A stretch of 63,823 bases of DNA, the filler included, from Phoronis australis (taxonomy: Eukaryota; Animalia; Phoronida): assembly GCA_002633005.1 (NCBI GenBank). It is 8 parts of 8 records of this genome, joined end to end, with 100 filler letters (N's around TTAATTAATTAA, not from the genome) between each part and the next. Parts side by side here need not be neighbours in the genome. Positions count along the whole stretch, not along the records: positions 1 to 3,822 come from NMRA01002822.1; positions 3,923 to 19,396 come from NMRA01000251.1; 6 more parts are not named here. One strand, 5' to 3'. Shown here piece after piece: positions 1 to 11,700 of this stretch; positions within the stretch are counted from its first letter, which is position 1; the number at the start of each line of letters is the position of its first letter. Position numbers and translations under genes: made by a program. The notes beneath the pieces are model-generated. The model ran no database searches and had not been told where the DNA came from. It was given only the letters and a program-made list of their open reading frames with translations.

Positions 1-1581
1 GTGCAACCACTGGAATTTCCCAAGCAGATCAGTTTAATTTAGAACTGAATACTAACCCACAACACTACCTGTAAGAATCACGCTACGACCATACGAGTGA
101 CGAAAACGCTAGCAGTTCTTTAGTGGCCAAAACATCTGGCATTTTAACCGGACAGTCAGCGAAAAGGTCATTTTCAACAGCCTATAGTTTGTTGGCTCAC
201 CACCAGAATCACTTTTAAAGCAAAAATTGACATAGAAACTCTGCCATAAATTGGTAAATACAACAGTACGCATTAGCTTCTTTCTCCTGTGCATGAATGT
301 AAAGTGAGCAGTCTGGTTAGCAAGCACGGCCAGTAGTTCTGAGGTAACTCAAATCACAGTTACACTTTCAACTCTGTTCATATTACCAGCATTTTGGCTA
401 ATGGTCCAAGTGTTAACACTTTCCTGGCTAAGAGAGCAGAAAGTGGCAATAACAAAGATTATATTTAAGAGTTATGACATCAGTGCAGTGGTTGTTGGGC
501 TACTTATGCAAATGTGATGGCGATATGCAATAGACTCGAATCAAATACGTACCAAATCAACCACACAAGAATGAGAATTTGTGAGTACATCAATTTTAAC
601 CTTATACGGGTAGAACCTGGAGCTTGCGCAAGACACGTATAAAAACAACCTTTAGGAAATATTCGGTGCTAAATTTATCTCAAAATTCTCACTGACTTCA
701 AACTAACACTTTTCCAATACCTTCTGTTGTTAAGGTAAGAAAGTTCAACTTTCTGTTATTTTTAATGTCTATGGTGTATAGCCAACAGTCACATTTCTAC
801 CTGGGTATCTACCCAAGATATCCTAGACCTACGTAAAACAACAAGATCCAACTATTGCCCAGGGAAACAGTGAGATAGGACAGTTGCAAGGCTCCGCACT
901 AACCACAAACCACACAGTGTTATCACTGAAGATGTCCTTGAACCTGATTTAGAGTTTTACAAGCAGGCACTGGAGTGGTTAATAAGAGTACTTGTGATGT
1001 GTGACCGAGCCTTTCAGTCGTAGATTACTAGGCAGTAAAACAGACACCTTTTCTGATTAGTGTGCGTGTAAGTGCGGCACAGGAGAAATGCAGTATATGT
1101 GGGCAGAAAAGTGGACGGAAAACCGCTTCCCGGGTAATGACGGCTAATTCTGCATACACCGAAACTGATTCACGACAAAGCCTCATTGGAGAAAAATTGA
1201 GCCAATGTTTCCATTTTATTCTGCGTCGTTTTCATTCACAATAAGAAACTACGATGATGAAGTATTACGTGATTGACCAGTCATCACGACACAGAATTCC
1301 AGTCAGTTTTAGCGGTACAGAACCTACAGGACATGCGCAGACACTCATATGGTCTGCCTCAACAAGGGATTATGACATCACTACTGACAGAACATGATTC
1401 TTTGAAAGACTCCTGCCGAGACATAACCAACAACAACTGAACATACATGGCAGCCAACACATTCCCTAGACTCACAAGATAATCACTTGCAGGGCAGACT
1501 GTTTATAGCAACTACCCAGTTTGTATCAAATTCTACCAGTCCACAAACCCTCTTTGGTAGCCCATTTTAAAAACATCTTTA

Positions 1582-2067
1582 GGGCCTTTCATACTAATGT
1601 CCACGCATTGATGTTTAGGGGAGTTGCGGTCAGTATGAACGGTTAACTTTGGTCCTGGATTGAAGTTAACAGCACCAGTTAACGTGACAGTAAACAGGTG
1701 GATTAACAGCGGAGCGTCGACGCTGCGGTACAGTATGAACAGTCAACTTTGGTCTCATCAAAGTTACCGCCAGGTGCCACTGTTATCGTCAACAATTAAC
1801 TAGTAGTGTCGTCGCTAATAGTTGCTTATATTTTGCTCGAATAATCACCAATCTTATCAAAACTAAGTTTTATGTCAATTACCACATGTAAATGTTCCCA
1901 AAATTGTCACATTAAAAAAATCTTAGCACGCGGTTACTTCGATTACAACAGCGTCCCCTACCGTTTACTTTGATGCCCGTTAACTACCAGCTTTGGTAGT
2001 TAAGCCGGTAATTAACTTCGCAGTTTACGTTGACGCTCCACCGGAGTAAAATCAGTATGACAAGACC
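1582..2067. mobile_element. MITE, probably PIF/Harbinger-type
   Basis: Imperfect TIRs GGGCCTTTCATACTAAT ... ATCAGTATGACAAGACC; TTA on the left flank; internal repeats CAGTATGAAC(G/A)GT(T/C)AACTTTGGTC at ~1631 and ~1731; no ORF. Confidence 0.5.
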
Positions 2068-2354
2068 TTTTAACAAGTTGCTATTACCTATCATCCGTGC
2101 GCAAGGGTCCATCCAAGCAATGATTATCTTTTATTCTATCTTCATTACAGATGGGTAGAGACCAATGCATAATCAACCACAATGGCATGCAAGGGGGATT
2201 CTGTAGCTCAATGCCAGGCAAAAACTCCCAGCAAAGGGTTTTTAAACAATGCAATCACGCAACATGATCAGGTGGATTTTCACCAGTAATTCTAAAATTC
2301 TCTGACAAAACCATCTACCTGCAGGATTGACCAGGGTAACAACAACACACTTAC

Positions 2355-2496
2355 CGTCCTGTCAGGGTGTCCGAACTCAATCTTCAGTTGTCCCATGGCC
2401 CGAATGATGGCTATCATACTTTGTATTGTGTTGCTGTAAACTACAGGACGATACTGTAGACATTCGTCTTTGGAGTATCCCTTGTCGTGGATGATC
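2355..2496 (-). CDS. GNAI: Internal exon of heterotrimeric G-protein alpha-i subunit (equivalent to exon 3 of vertebrate GNAI genes)
   Basis: Encodes [47 protein letters not shown], closely matching G-alpha-i ([41 protein letters not shown]). Bounded by TTTTTCTGCAG acceptor and GTAAG donor; 142-bp length and phases match the conserved GNAI exon. Other exons were not found in the window. Confidence 0.93.
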
Positions 2497-3502
2497 CTGC
2501 AGAAAAAGACAACCAAAATGCCTGAATTTGGGACCGACAGCCCATTTTTACCAAACAGTCTCAATCTCAATCATTTATTTTGAAACTGGAATTGTTGCTG
2601 ATTTAATAATTCCATGCTTTGTAATTTAACTTGTCACATATGAAGTGAAACAGAGAATGTTTGAATCAACTCAACGTTTGAATAAACTATTTAAATTGCG
2701 GTCGCTGTATCACTAAATTAAGAAATATATCTTCCATGTACTATTTTATTGGTGCTCCTAGTTTTGAAATCATGATTCAAAGAAATAAAATCTGAGACTA
2801 TAAGGGTCATTATCGGTTGTGTGTCCAAAACTGCATTTTTGGGATTGTTGGACGGGATAGCCTCTGAAGGTATTAGCTTTCATCAGAGCTATATAACAAC
2901 GAAACATCCCGTTTCTCTGATTTTATTACAAATCGCCAATTCTCGCCAATGTCTGCCAGACATTTACCGAGATCAGAGTTGGTGACTTAGTCAATTAAAT
3001 ATGCTTAAAACACATTGTCATTCATCAAACGGATTTAGCTGTGCCAGCCAAGCATTAGACTCATGGCATTGCTGGTCAAATTTCGCACTGAGGCTGAGTG
3101 CTCTGTTGATAATATCCTTTTTACAGCTTTTGGGTAATTTTCAAATTCATATGTCAGCTAAACAGCTGAAACACCACACGTTTCAACTTCAATGTTCATA
3201 CTGTGTGTTCTTATTGAAACAGAAACCAACTCAACGACCATGTTAAGAAACATGTTACCTGTGACATAAGCGGCTTTTGGTGACAGTCATGACAATTTGA
3301 CAATTAATATTAACCTCACAGATGTATTTGCATACTCTTAACTATGCTAATGTACAACAGGAACTAAACATAATTCTATTTTAACATTATTTATGCTAAA
3401 CAAAGTGCAGTTATATTCAACGACAATTTGTGAATGTGAAAACAAAAAATCTCCATGATAGCAAGTAGCAGCATATATTCAAGAAAACAACAACGGTTTT
3501 AA

Positions 3503-3550
3503 AACTTGACATGTTTCGGTGTCATTTATTAAACACCATCCTCAGAAGTC
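3503..3550 (-). ncRNA. Minimal type I hammerhead ribozyme (Penelope-type), minus-strand copy
   Basis: Reverse complement reads GACUU-CUGAGGA-U-GGUGU(uuaauaaaug)ACACC-GAAA-CAUGUC-AAGUU: catalytic core, stem II, palindromic ACAUGU stem III, GUC cleavage triplet and stem I. Confidence 0.72.
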
Positions 3551-3755
3551 ATAATACAGTGGCCACCTAGCTAGGCCCAGCAACAAGTAATGAAGCACAG
3601 ATACAGTCAGTTACAGGGAGTGACAATGAACTAGACCAACAATGACAGCCTGTGGTGTGTCAGTTGTTGGTATAGTTCATTGTCACTCCCTGTAACTGAC
3701 TGTATCTGTGCTTCATTACTTGTTGCTGGGCCTAGCTAGGTGGCCACTGTATTAT

Positions 3756-3803
3756 GACTTCTGAGGATGGTGTTTAATAAATGACACCGAAACATGTCAA
3801 GTT
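3756..3803 (+). ncRNA. Minimal type I hammerhead ribozyme (Penelope-type), plus-strand copy
   Basis: GACTT(3756-60) CTGAGGA(3761-67) T GGTGT..ACACC GAAA(3789-92) CATGTC|AAGTT; predicted cleavage after C3798. Confidence 0.72.
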
Positions 3804-3822
3804 TTAAAACCGTTGTTGTTTT

Positions 3823-3922
3823 NNNNNNNNNNNNNNNNNNNNNNNNNNNNNNNNNNNNNNNNNNNNTTAATTAATTAANNNNNNNNNNNNNNNNNNNNNN
3901 NNNNNNNNNNNNNNNNNNNNNN
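3823..3922. other. Artificial 100-nt assembly spacer N44-TTAATTAATTAA-N44 (also at 19397, 23186, 31211, 33729, 40065, 57740)
   Basis: Identical structure seven times; the 12-mer puts stop codons in all six frames. Not biological sequence. Confidence 0.97.
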
Positions 3923-4221
3923 AGAGGAAAAGACTGTGTGATTCCTTGAAAGTTGATGCACCCAATGGTACAATTTTTGCCTGCACTAATTCAGGATGGA
4001 TTGACTCTATAGTTTTCATTGAATGGCTTCGTCATTTTATCCGATCAGTGAATGCGTCAGTTGAAAATAAAGTCCTTCTTCTACTCCACGGACATGCATC
4101 CCACACAAAAAACCTTGACGCCATTAAGCTAGTGCCGGAAAATAGTGTTTTCATTTTCTCCTTCCCCAGTCACACAACGCACAGGCTCCAACCCTTAGAT
4201 GTTAGCTTTTGTAAGTCATAA
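3923..4221 (+). pseudogene. pogo/Fot1-like DDE_1 transposase fragment
   Basis: SGWIDSIVFIEWLRHF...VLLLLHGHASH...FPSHTTHRLQPLDVSF is the DDE_1 signature; the catalytic D of LLDGH is replaced by H and a stop follows QPLDV. Possible element end AACTTTCCCC|TA at ~4720. Confidence 0.85.
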
Positions 4222-5225
4222 TTGTGATTCCGATGGAGACTCTGATTAACCTACATAAACCCGGCAAATTAAGTTTGTTACATTAGTATAGTTGACTGAT
4301 CCATTTTGTTATCTTTAAGTGTTGGTTTGTTCGCACATATTTATAAAGACGTCTGTTAGCATTAGTCATAGGGAAATGCTGTTTCTTGTAATATGTTTCT
4401 ATGTGGCCAATAAAAGGTTTGACTGTTTGCACCGTTTCCTTGTTCATCTTTGCTTGGTGAAATACACGTAGTTATTAGTACATAGTACCACTGGTACGAT
4501 TCTGATGTCTGACAGGTACGAATTACAAAACCGGTCATATGAATCGTACTTTTATTGACTCTTCTACAACCGTGTTTTGCAGCTAAAACATAATCATTAT
4601 TCTTCTAAATCACATGTGCGGTTATACGTGTGAAGCCACTTACTGCTATGAGATAGCTCCCGATTCCGTGGCTAGTTCAGCGTGGCGTACAAAAGGGTGC
4701 ATCCTTAAGTAACTTTCCCCTACCACTTGATAAACCGTAGAGTATCAATTTCAGGTTTCTATTGATATAAAGCAGATAACGTATTGACACACGTTTACCT
4801 TCATAACAATTAGCAGTTGCTTTTTTATTTATTTTTGTTAATGCATCTAATGTGGATCAGCAATGCAACAATGCAACAATGGGCCCGTGAGTGAGGATTT
4901 TACGTGACTTAGGGAAATGTCAACGAAGACACATTTAAGCGTGTTAAAACACGAGCGTACACTAAACAAACGTATCAAATGCTGTCAAGTTGCATGGAAG
5001 TAGCGTTACCACGTTTGTCAGTGGTATGGAATCCATGTAGCATACTACCGGCACTAATGTTGTCCTCGAACCTTTACAATACGATTCTATTGCTACGCTC
5101 GGGTTGAGTTTCGTAGACGTATTTTAGGGCCACATGCTTTACTTGTAGTGCATGACATTATCTTACGATGTGTTACCTGGCCTTATGCTGTTGTGAGGTT
5201 CACGAGCCAACGGAATGCACGCCAG

Positions 5226-5372
5226 GGTACGGTCCAGTAACGCTAGCACCTGCCTTGGGATCTTGCTATAATCTAGACAAAATCACGTGCTCTCATTTAA
5301 AATACACGACAATATTTCACGTAATCTCGCGAAGTCTTGCTTTAGCGAGGGCCTAGAGTTCAATGAACTCAG
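5226..5372. mobile_element. ~150-bp MITE, degenerate copy of the family at 7093
   Basis: Shares the core ATCACGTG...CACGTAATCTCGCGAAGTCTTGCTTTAGCGAGG and degenerate TIRs with 7093-7243. Confidence 0.6.
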
Positions 5373-5929
5373 ATCCGGTTTCTGTTTGAATTGGTCAGAC
5401 GTCAGTTGGAATAATGCTTGGCGCGCGATCGAAAGGTCTGAGCGGCTTCGTATCTTGGGTGTACCGCTGTGAAAAACAGTCGTTTTCATTCCCAGTACCC
5501 GTTTTTGTGATGAGGCTCTGTACTGCAACACTTTCAGTTATGTGTGATCAAAATTACTACGTAGAAAATTGCTGATGTAGTGGCCATAGCAAAAGACGTC
5601 CGCCTAGGCCTAGTTCCCAGCGATAACTGATGCGTTTGTCGGACGGAACTAGCCATTTATCGCGAGCGCGTCTAGAGTGCCCGATTTCGACGTTGGATCG
5701 GTATTTTGACGGGTTATTTGTGGCGCGTATTGCATGTACCGTACCGGTACAACAATGTTCGAGACAATGCGTACAGTCATATCCATGCGTACAGTTGAAC
5801 ACTATTAGAAAACGGCCACTGATGTACATGTACAGTGTTTACAAATTCCGAGGATTTTCGTCTGTTATCACAAACAAGTTACTTGTTCTCCAATGCAGTC
5901 AACCTAGGCCATTCCCCATGTTCATGAAG

Positions 5930-6370
5930 TCACGAGACATTCTCCTGTATACCTTGGATATATTTTAACCTCTCTTTAATTTTATTCTGTGCCTCCTTAT
6001 CTAATGTTGGTCCGGTTTGTTTGCGCCTTTTAATCTTTTGAAGTACGTAGTTCATTTCGTCCGATAAAACTGTCGTATCCTCTGCTGAATCATCCTCACA
6101 GTGCACGTCAGAGTTCTTGCGCTCCATTCCATTGGATGATAAGTTTGAAGTCGTGGCTCCAAAAGAAACTTGCTTGCTCGGAATAAATTCAACACTCTCG
6201 CGGGAGACCTCGAGACACTTTGTAGGTCCGGGAACTTCCGTCTCTAGTTGCATGAAGACAACGTAAAGAAAAGCGACGAGTAAAACAATTAATCCGACCA
6301 AAAGAAGCAGTTGGAGCATGCTGATGTTATACATAACAATTGTCCAAGACACTTTCTCAAGAAAGTTCAT
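5930..6370 (-). CDS. Hypothetical single-pass membrane protein (orphan ORF, 146 aa from ATG at 6370)
   Basis: Long ORF for this AT-rich DNA; N-terminal hydrophobic helix (MLQLLLLVGLIVLLVAFLYVVF), then Ser/acidic linker and basic helical tail. No family recognised. Confidence 0.4.
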   Translation of the reverse strand: MNFLEKVSWTIVMYNISMLQLLLLVGLIVLLVAFLYVVFMQLETEVPGPTKCLEVSRESVEFIPSKQVSFGATTSNLSSNGMERKNSDVHCEDDSAEDTTVLSDEMNYVLQKIKRRKQTGPTLDKEAQNKIKERLKYIQGIQENVS

Positions 6371-7092
6371 GCACCTGCCATCCAACACATCTCTATGCTA
6401 GCCTTTCATTAAAAACGGGCTGTCTTTGTGTCCAAAAACCGTCTCCTCTGTCATCGTTTATGCGTAGCTACAATAAGCAAGTACCTTTACTGAGCGCGGG
6501 TTTACAACATTATCTCATTCCGGTGACCAAACTTTACTTTTATGCGCAGCAACTAAGGAAGTGTTTCTACCGATTGCCGTTGCATGGTAACAGTTTCTTG
6601 GTAACCGGTATGTCGTCTAATAAAAAAGCATAAGTCATCTGGAATTACCGTCGCATGCGCAAAGAGGAAATTGAGCTTGGTATTGCCATCAATAAATATC
6701 CAGTCGTTCCGTATAGTAAATGTATTTGCAAGCATCGCCTGGATTACTTTGACCTTTACACACCAGTTCGAAAATTACAAGGACTTAGCACGGTCTTACA
6801 TAGTCATTTTCAATGTAGTTGTTAATCTAACATTTCTTTAGAAGTCCTGTTATAGATGTATCGAACGGAGACTATCGTGTAATGCGTCTGCTATTACCTA
6901 GGATTTTATGTTCGCGTAATTCTTAGGCCTATGCAAATTTAACACCGTTTTTTTCTGAATTCAGTCCTGGCGCTGATATGACCTTGAAAATCTGGCGTAA
7001 CAGCTAAGCGTAAATCCCTCACATTAAATAGCAAAAAAGTTCACATGAAACGGTAACAGTCGGATATATCGTGACCGCATTTTGAGAACCAG

Positions 7093-7243
7093 GCGTGCGT
7101 TCAGTAGACGCTAGGACCTACGCTAGGACCTAGCTAAAACCTAGTCAAAGTCACGTGTTATTATCTAAAATGCACGGCAATATCTCACGTAATCTCGCGA
7201 AGTCTTGCTTTTTAGCGAGGTCCTAGCGTTACTGAACGGGAGG
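7093..7243. mobile_element. PIF/Harbinger-type MITE
   Basis: TIR core GTTCAGTA(G)ACGCTAGGACCT ... AGGTCCTAGCGTTACTGAAC, with CAG on both flanks (7090-92, 7244-46). Confidence 0.65.
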
Positions 7244-7523
7244 CAGTTCTCTCCACTGAATGACGGGCATCAAACGGGTTCTAAAATACGGGCACGTTAT
7301 TGCCCATTCTCATTGTAAATTCAACAGTCTTGGATTCGACTCACGTCTGGCAGACAGTATCATGAATTTACAAACTTACATAGTGAAATAAAATTTAAAA
7401 AAAACAAAACAACGGAGTCTATTATAAAAATTAATACCTTCAAAACGTCGATCACAATCCAACAATACATGTATCTTTGAGAATGCGCATGTCGGCCGTA
7501 AAGCGATTATGTCCCTCTTAACA

Positions 7524-8700
7524 AAATGGCGCCATAAATGATCATGAAATGACACCACATCACATATGTTTAAGGCACCGCATTCACGCACCTTTTTAAA
7601 AGGCGTGTTAAAACACATAAAATCGATGCAAATAAACGAGCAAGAACATCCATGCGCGCTTCCTAACAACGCACCGTGTAATCGCCCTATAAAATTCCCG
7701 TTTATACTTCATTGGAACTGACATTGAGCGCAATTAGTTTTTCGGACATGCTTACAACATGTCTACTCACAATCTTCTCGCGATCGAAAAAGGGCGTAAG
7801 GAACAAATGAAGTGTTGTACTTTCAAATTCATTATGCTCATGCCCAAAAGAACAAAAGATAAGATACACCGCGGAGGCTGTCGAAGGAGCGCAGTTCATA
7901 ACGCGAAGTTGTCGTGAGGACTCGATTGGGACCTCAGGGGTCTCACGCTCCACCGGCTAAATTGAAAAGGCTTTGTCCAGTCACGCGTTGTGGGTCATAA
8001 ATCGAGATAATGATACCAACAGCTGACGCGACAAGCAGAACTACTTTCTTTTACTTCATTTGTGCACTAACTGGAGAAATTTAGAATTAGACTTTTAAAC
8101 ACTATCCGATCGTCAACTTTTTTCGGGAGACTTAAATCTCAATGTAGTTTGCGCAAAGACGATGTGCAATTTTTGGGGGTGTATTGACGATGATCAACGT
8201 TAAAACGGAGAGTAAATAAGTGCGTAATTGATCATCCAATCGGTAGTTTTGCGAGAAAGCGACGACGTTGCCAAAATTGAATGACGGAAACCCTTGAAAA
8301 TCATTATAAGCGAGAAAGAGAAAACANAAATGGCGCCATAAATGATCATGAAATGACACCACATCACATATGTTTAAGGCACCGCATTCACGCACCTTTT
8401 TAAAAGGCGTGTTAAAACACATAAAATCGATGCAAATAAACGAGCAAGAACATCCATGCGCGCTTCCTAACAACGCACCGTGTAATCGCCCTATAAAATT
8501 CCCGTTTATACTTCATTGGAACTGACATTGAGCGCAATTAGTTTTTCGGACATGCTTACAACATGTCTACTCACAATCTTCTCGCGATCGAAAAAGGGCG
8601 TAAGGAACAAATGAAGTGTTGTACTTTCAAATTCATTATGCTCATGCCCAAAAGAACAAAAGATAAGATACACCGCGGAGGCTGTCGAAGGAGCGCAGTT
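7524..8700 (+). repeat. 373-bp exact direct duplication (7524-7896 = 8328-8700), likely allelic or assembly-derived
   Basis: Copies are identical; the second starts right after a single N at 8327. Confidence 0.85.
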
Positions 8701-11700
8701 TACTTTGGTACTCGGTCAAAAGATCCGATTTATGGCGTAATTTCTCTGAAATTCCCGAATACTGGGTGTGCAAATGGACCTGATTTTGTTGTGTGCTTGG
8801 CTGCAGATTTCACTTTGGAAATGCAAAAGCTTGTTCGTCCTTGCCGGATCACCCACTTAAGTACTTCACGGGGTGCCATGCAACACGTTCTGACCTTGCC
8901 ATGGAGAAACAGCAATGTTTTGCTTAGAAAACTTGGGGCCCCGCTTACTAAACCAAAGGGTTACGTCAACGGAAATTACGCTTGAGAGCAAAATTCCACG
9001 TACATGAATTTGAAAAATGCACTTATTAAACGCAGCGGAAGTTACTGAAGAGCTTGTTTTCCTGGTAAACACGTTTGCGGTTTAAGTGCACGTTTTAATG
9101 TAAAAGTGAGTTGTCGAGTGGTCGAGCAGCCGTTTACAATGGCGCTATTTTGACATTTTAGCAAGTTACAGTGAAAGCATCAAAAGAACTCTAAGACAAT
9201 GGCTGCATTGTCAAACGTGTACTTGCACATGTAACCGGTGTACAACTTATCTTCATAACAAGCTTATGCATGAGCGTCAGACAAGATAACTGGCATTCTG
9301 TCTGTCTATGTTACATCGGTATTTAAATAAAAAGTTCAATTTACACTCACACACCGGAAATGCAAAAAATCGCTTTAAACCTTTTTATTTTTTACGGATA
9401 CCTAAGTTTGATGGTAAATAAAATCGTAAGAAGTGGCTTTTTCTCTACAGTAGATTACACGGAAATAAGAGTGCAAGGTTTTCAAATCTACCCCAATTTC
9501 AAAGAAAGAGAATCAAAAATGAAAAGAACTGAAAATGGCCGCCCTAGAGTTGCCATCCCGAAAAAATCCCACATTTGGCACATAATATAGCTTAAAATAA
9601 TTGCAAAGGGTAGTAAATAAAATGTACTTATCACTGCCTAGGCTAAGTTTCCCTTCAAAAATTAACGGAACTTGTCATGTACATGTACCCAACTGAAAAA
9701 TAACTCTAATAGCAGCCTGGCCTCAACTCAAATATGAGAGTGTGGAAGTTAAACCGTTGGCGAAAGGGTCTCTTGACCATATTTACCCGCAGCCACCGGT
9801 TTTTCTTAAAACCCCATGGCTACCGACTTATCAGTGACCGATGTCACAGACTTACACAAAACTTAAACATCAGTGGAAGGTCCAGCTGACCCCAGATAAA
9901 AATAATTAGAAGTGTCAAACAATCTCTGTGACAATGACGAGGACGATATGGATGATAATAATGATGGCTATGGCGGTGATAACAATTATAATATAGTGAC
10001 AAAAATTTGTTATGCCAGCATTGATCTTTTGAAACATCTAGATGTTTGAAGCCTTGCTATAATCCAGTGACAAGGGCGGCTGTTTTCCCAACTTGATGTT
10101 CCGCTGTTGCAACGGCCCTTGTCATTTATTTTGGGAAATGATTGAGGAATTTTGAATTTTAAAGAACAGTTTATTAGTTTTTTTGTTTCCTGCCACGTAA
10201 TGTCATGAGTGGAAGACCTTGATCATTTGACAGTACATGTAAATATGTGGTGACGGATAGTACTGATTTTGTAAGTTACAAAGACTTAAGAGAGCAAGCT
10301 TGACAAGTACTATGAAGACATATGAGGAGATGGGAGGGGCGACGACCCTTGGGTCATTGGTGAAAAAGGTTATGGGCTAGACCTCGATATATCGACAGAC
10401 TTTGCGTGTTTAAGGCCGTACGAACTCAACCCTCCTGCACCGGAGTATTCGATGAGTGAAGCCGAGTCGGAGCATTTACAGTCTGCGGACAGTTTAATTT
10501 CAGAATGGTAATTAAAGCCTTTTATTGAATCACGTTAAGTGTCCAGTAATATGTGTCTCGAACTGAAAATCTAGCCGAAACTTTACCCCGACTGTCAAAG
10601 CCCAGTTGCGAAAAAACGGACACTGATTTCATTCCTTCCAATGCCAAGTGCGTTGGTCAGGATCTGTGATATCCGATTATTGATATTCAAATTAGATGTT
10701 ATCTGTGCCAATTGATACTTGTTTCTGTGTTACGTATTCCTGTATTATGAAAGCTTTGTACCGGTGTTATTCGTCCATTATTTCGGTCCAGTGTCCTACT
10801 CAAGATCCTCTTTCGGCTGCGTTCGTGACTTCAAACCATTTGTGTGGAATTTTCAAGTACATGTACATCCCATTTTGTATTAAGTGCACCGTGAATTCAG
10901 TTTGACGAAAAAACTCACAAACGTAAAGGGAAATTCCCGGTTATAATATGCATATATAAATTATCAGTAGTGTGGAATCGTCCCCAGCGCCTCTAACATT
11001 TTCTTAAAAATTATCCTATTCAACATTAATAAGAGAACTCCGCTTTTCGGCCACTTTAACGACCATGGAATTGGTTTGGTGTTGCTGCAATACGCCGCAG
11101 GATAGACTATTGTGGGTATATTGCAAGCTGGTTGAGTGTGTTCACGTGGGTAACTGCACGTCTTAGCTTCTTAATTAAATCTTCAATTTGCAGAACGATG
11201 TTAATTTGACTGCAGAAGTCGCGAGAGTTTATTAAATTCATCAATCATCCGTAGCAGTTGTTAGCCTACCTTTTATACGCAAAAAAGTTTGACGCGTGTT
11301 TACATTTCGCGTTTGACGTTGTACTTGGTGTATTTTCAGTTTTATTTATAGCAAAGGGAAGCGTGAATTATTATACCTCATGGGACACAGTAGGTTTGAA
11401 ATGAAAAAACTCATTTTGAGGTTCTTGTTGAATGGGATGGGGCCCTTGAATTTATTGAATTAGAGCAGAGCTTTGAAACAGCATTCGCTGTGTTTGTTTG
11501 ATTTTTGATTACAAATCGCCAGTCTCGCCGCTGAAATCGAGACCCGTGATTTTGTTGGGTAAAATGGGAATGTGTGTGTGCTCTGTAGAAGAAAATGGTT
11601 TTTGGTATATAGCACTTAGTGTATTAAAGCTGGTAACATTTTTGTTTAGAGGTGAGAATTGGTTTTGAGCTTTTGAAAAAAGCTGGACAATGTAGTTCGT

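Larger units (their letters stand above)
3484..3822. mobile_element. 339-bp palindrome, likely inverted pseudo-LTR relic of a Penelope-like element
   Basis: Perfect 150-bp inverted arms (3484-3633 / 3673-3822) with a partly paired 39-nt centre; the outer part of each arm carries a minimal hammerhead motif. Confidence 0.7.

Noticed and set aside
8050-8075. Possible G-alpha-i exon 2 (minus strand CAA ATG AA|GTAA)
   Set aside because: Upstream codons read PVSAQMK, not GAGESGKSTIVKQMK, and the site lies across a spacer.
8563-8985. 140-aa ORF and faint THAP-like words (GGC, FP, FAFPK) on either strand
   Set aside because: No coherent C2CH spacing without several assumed frameshifts.
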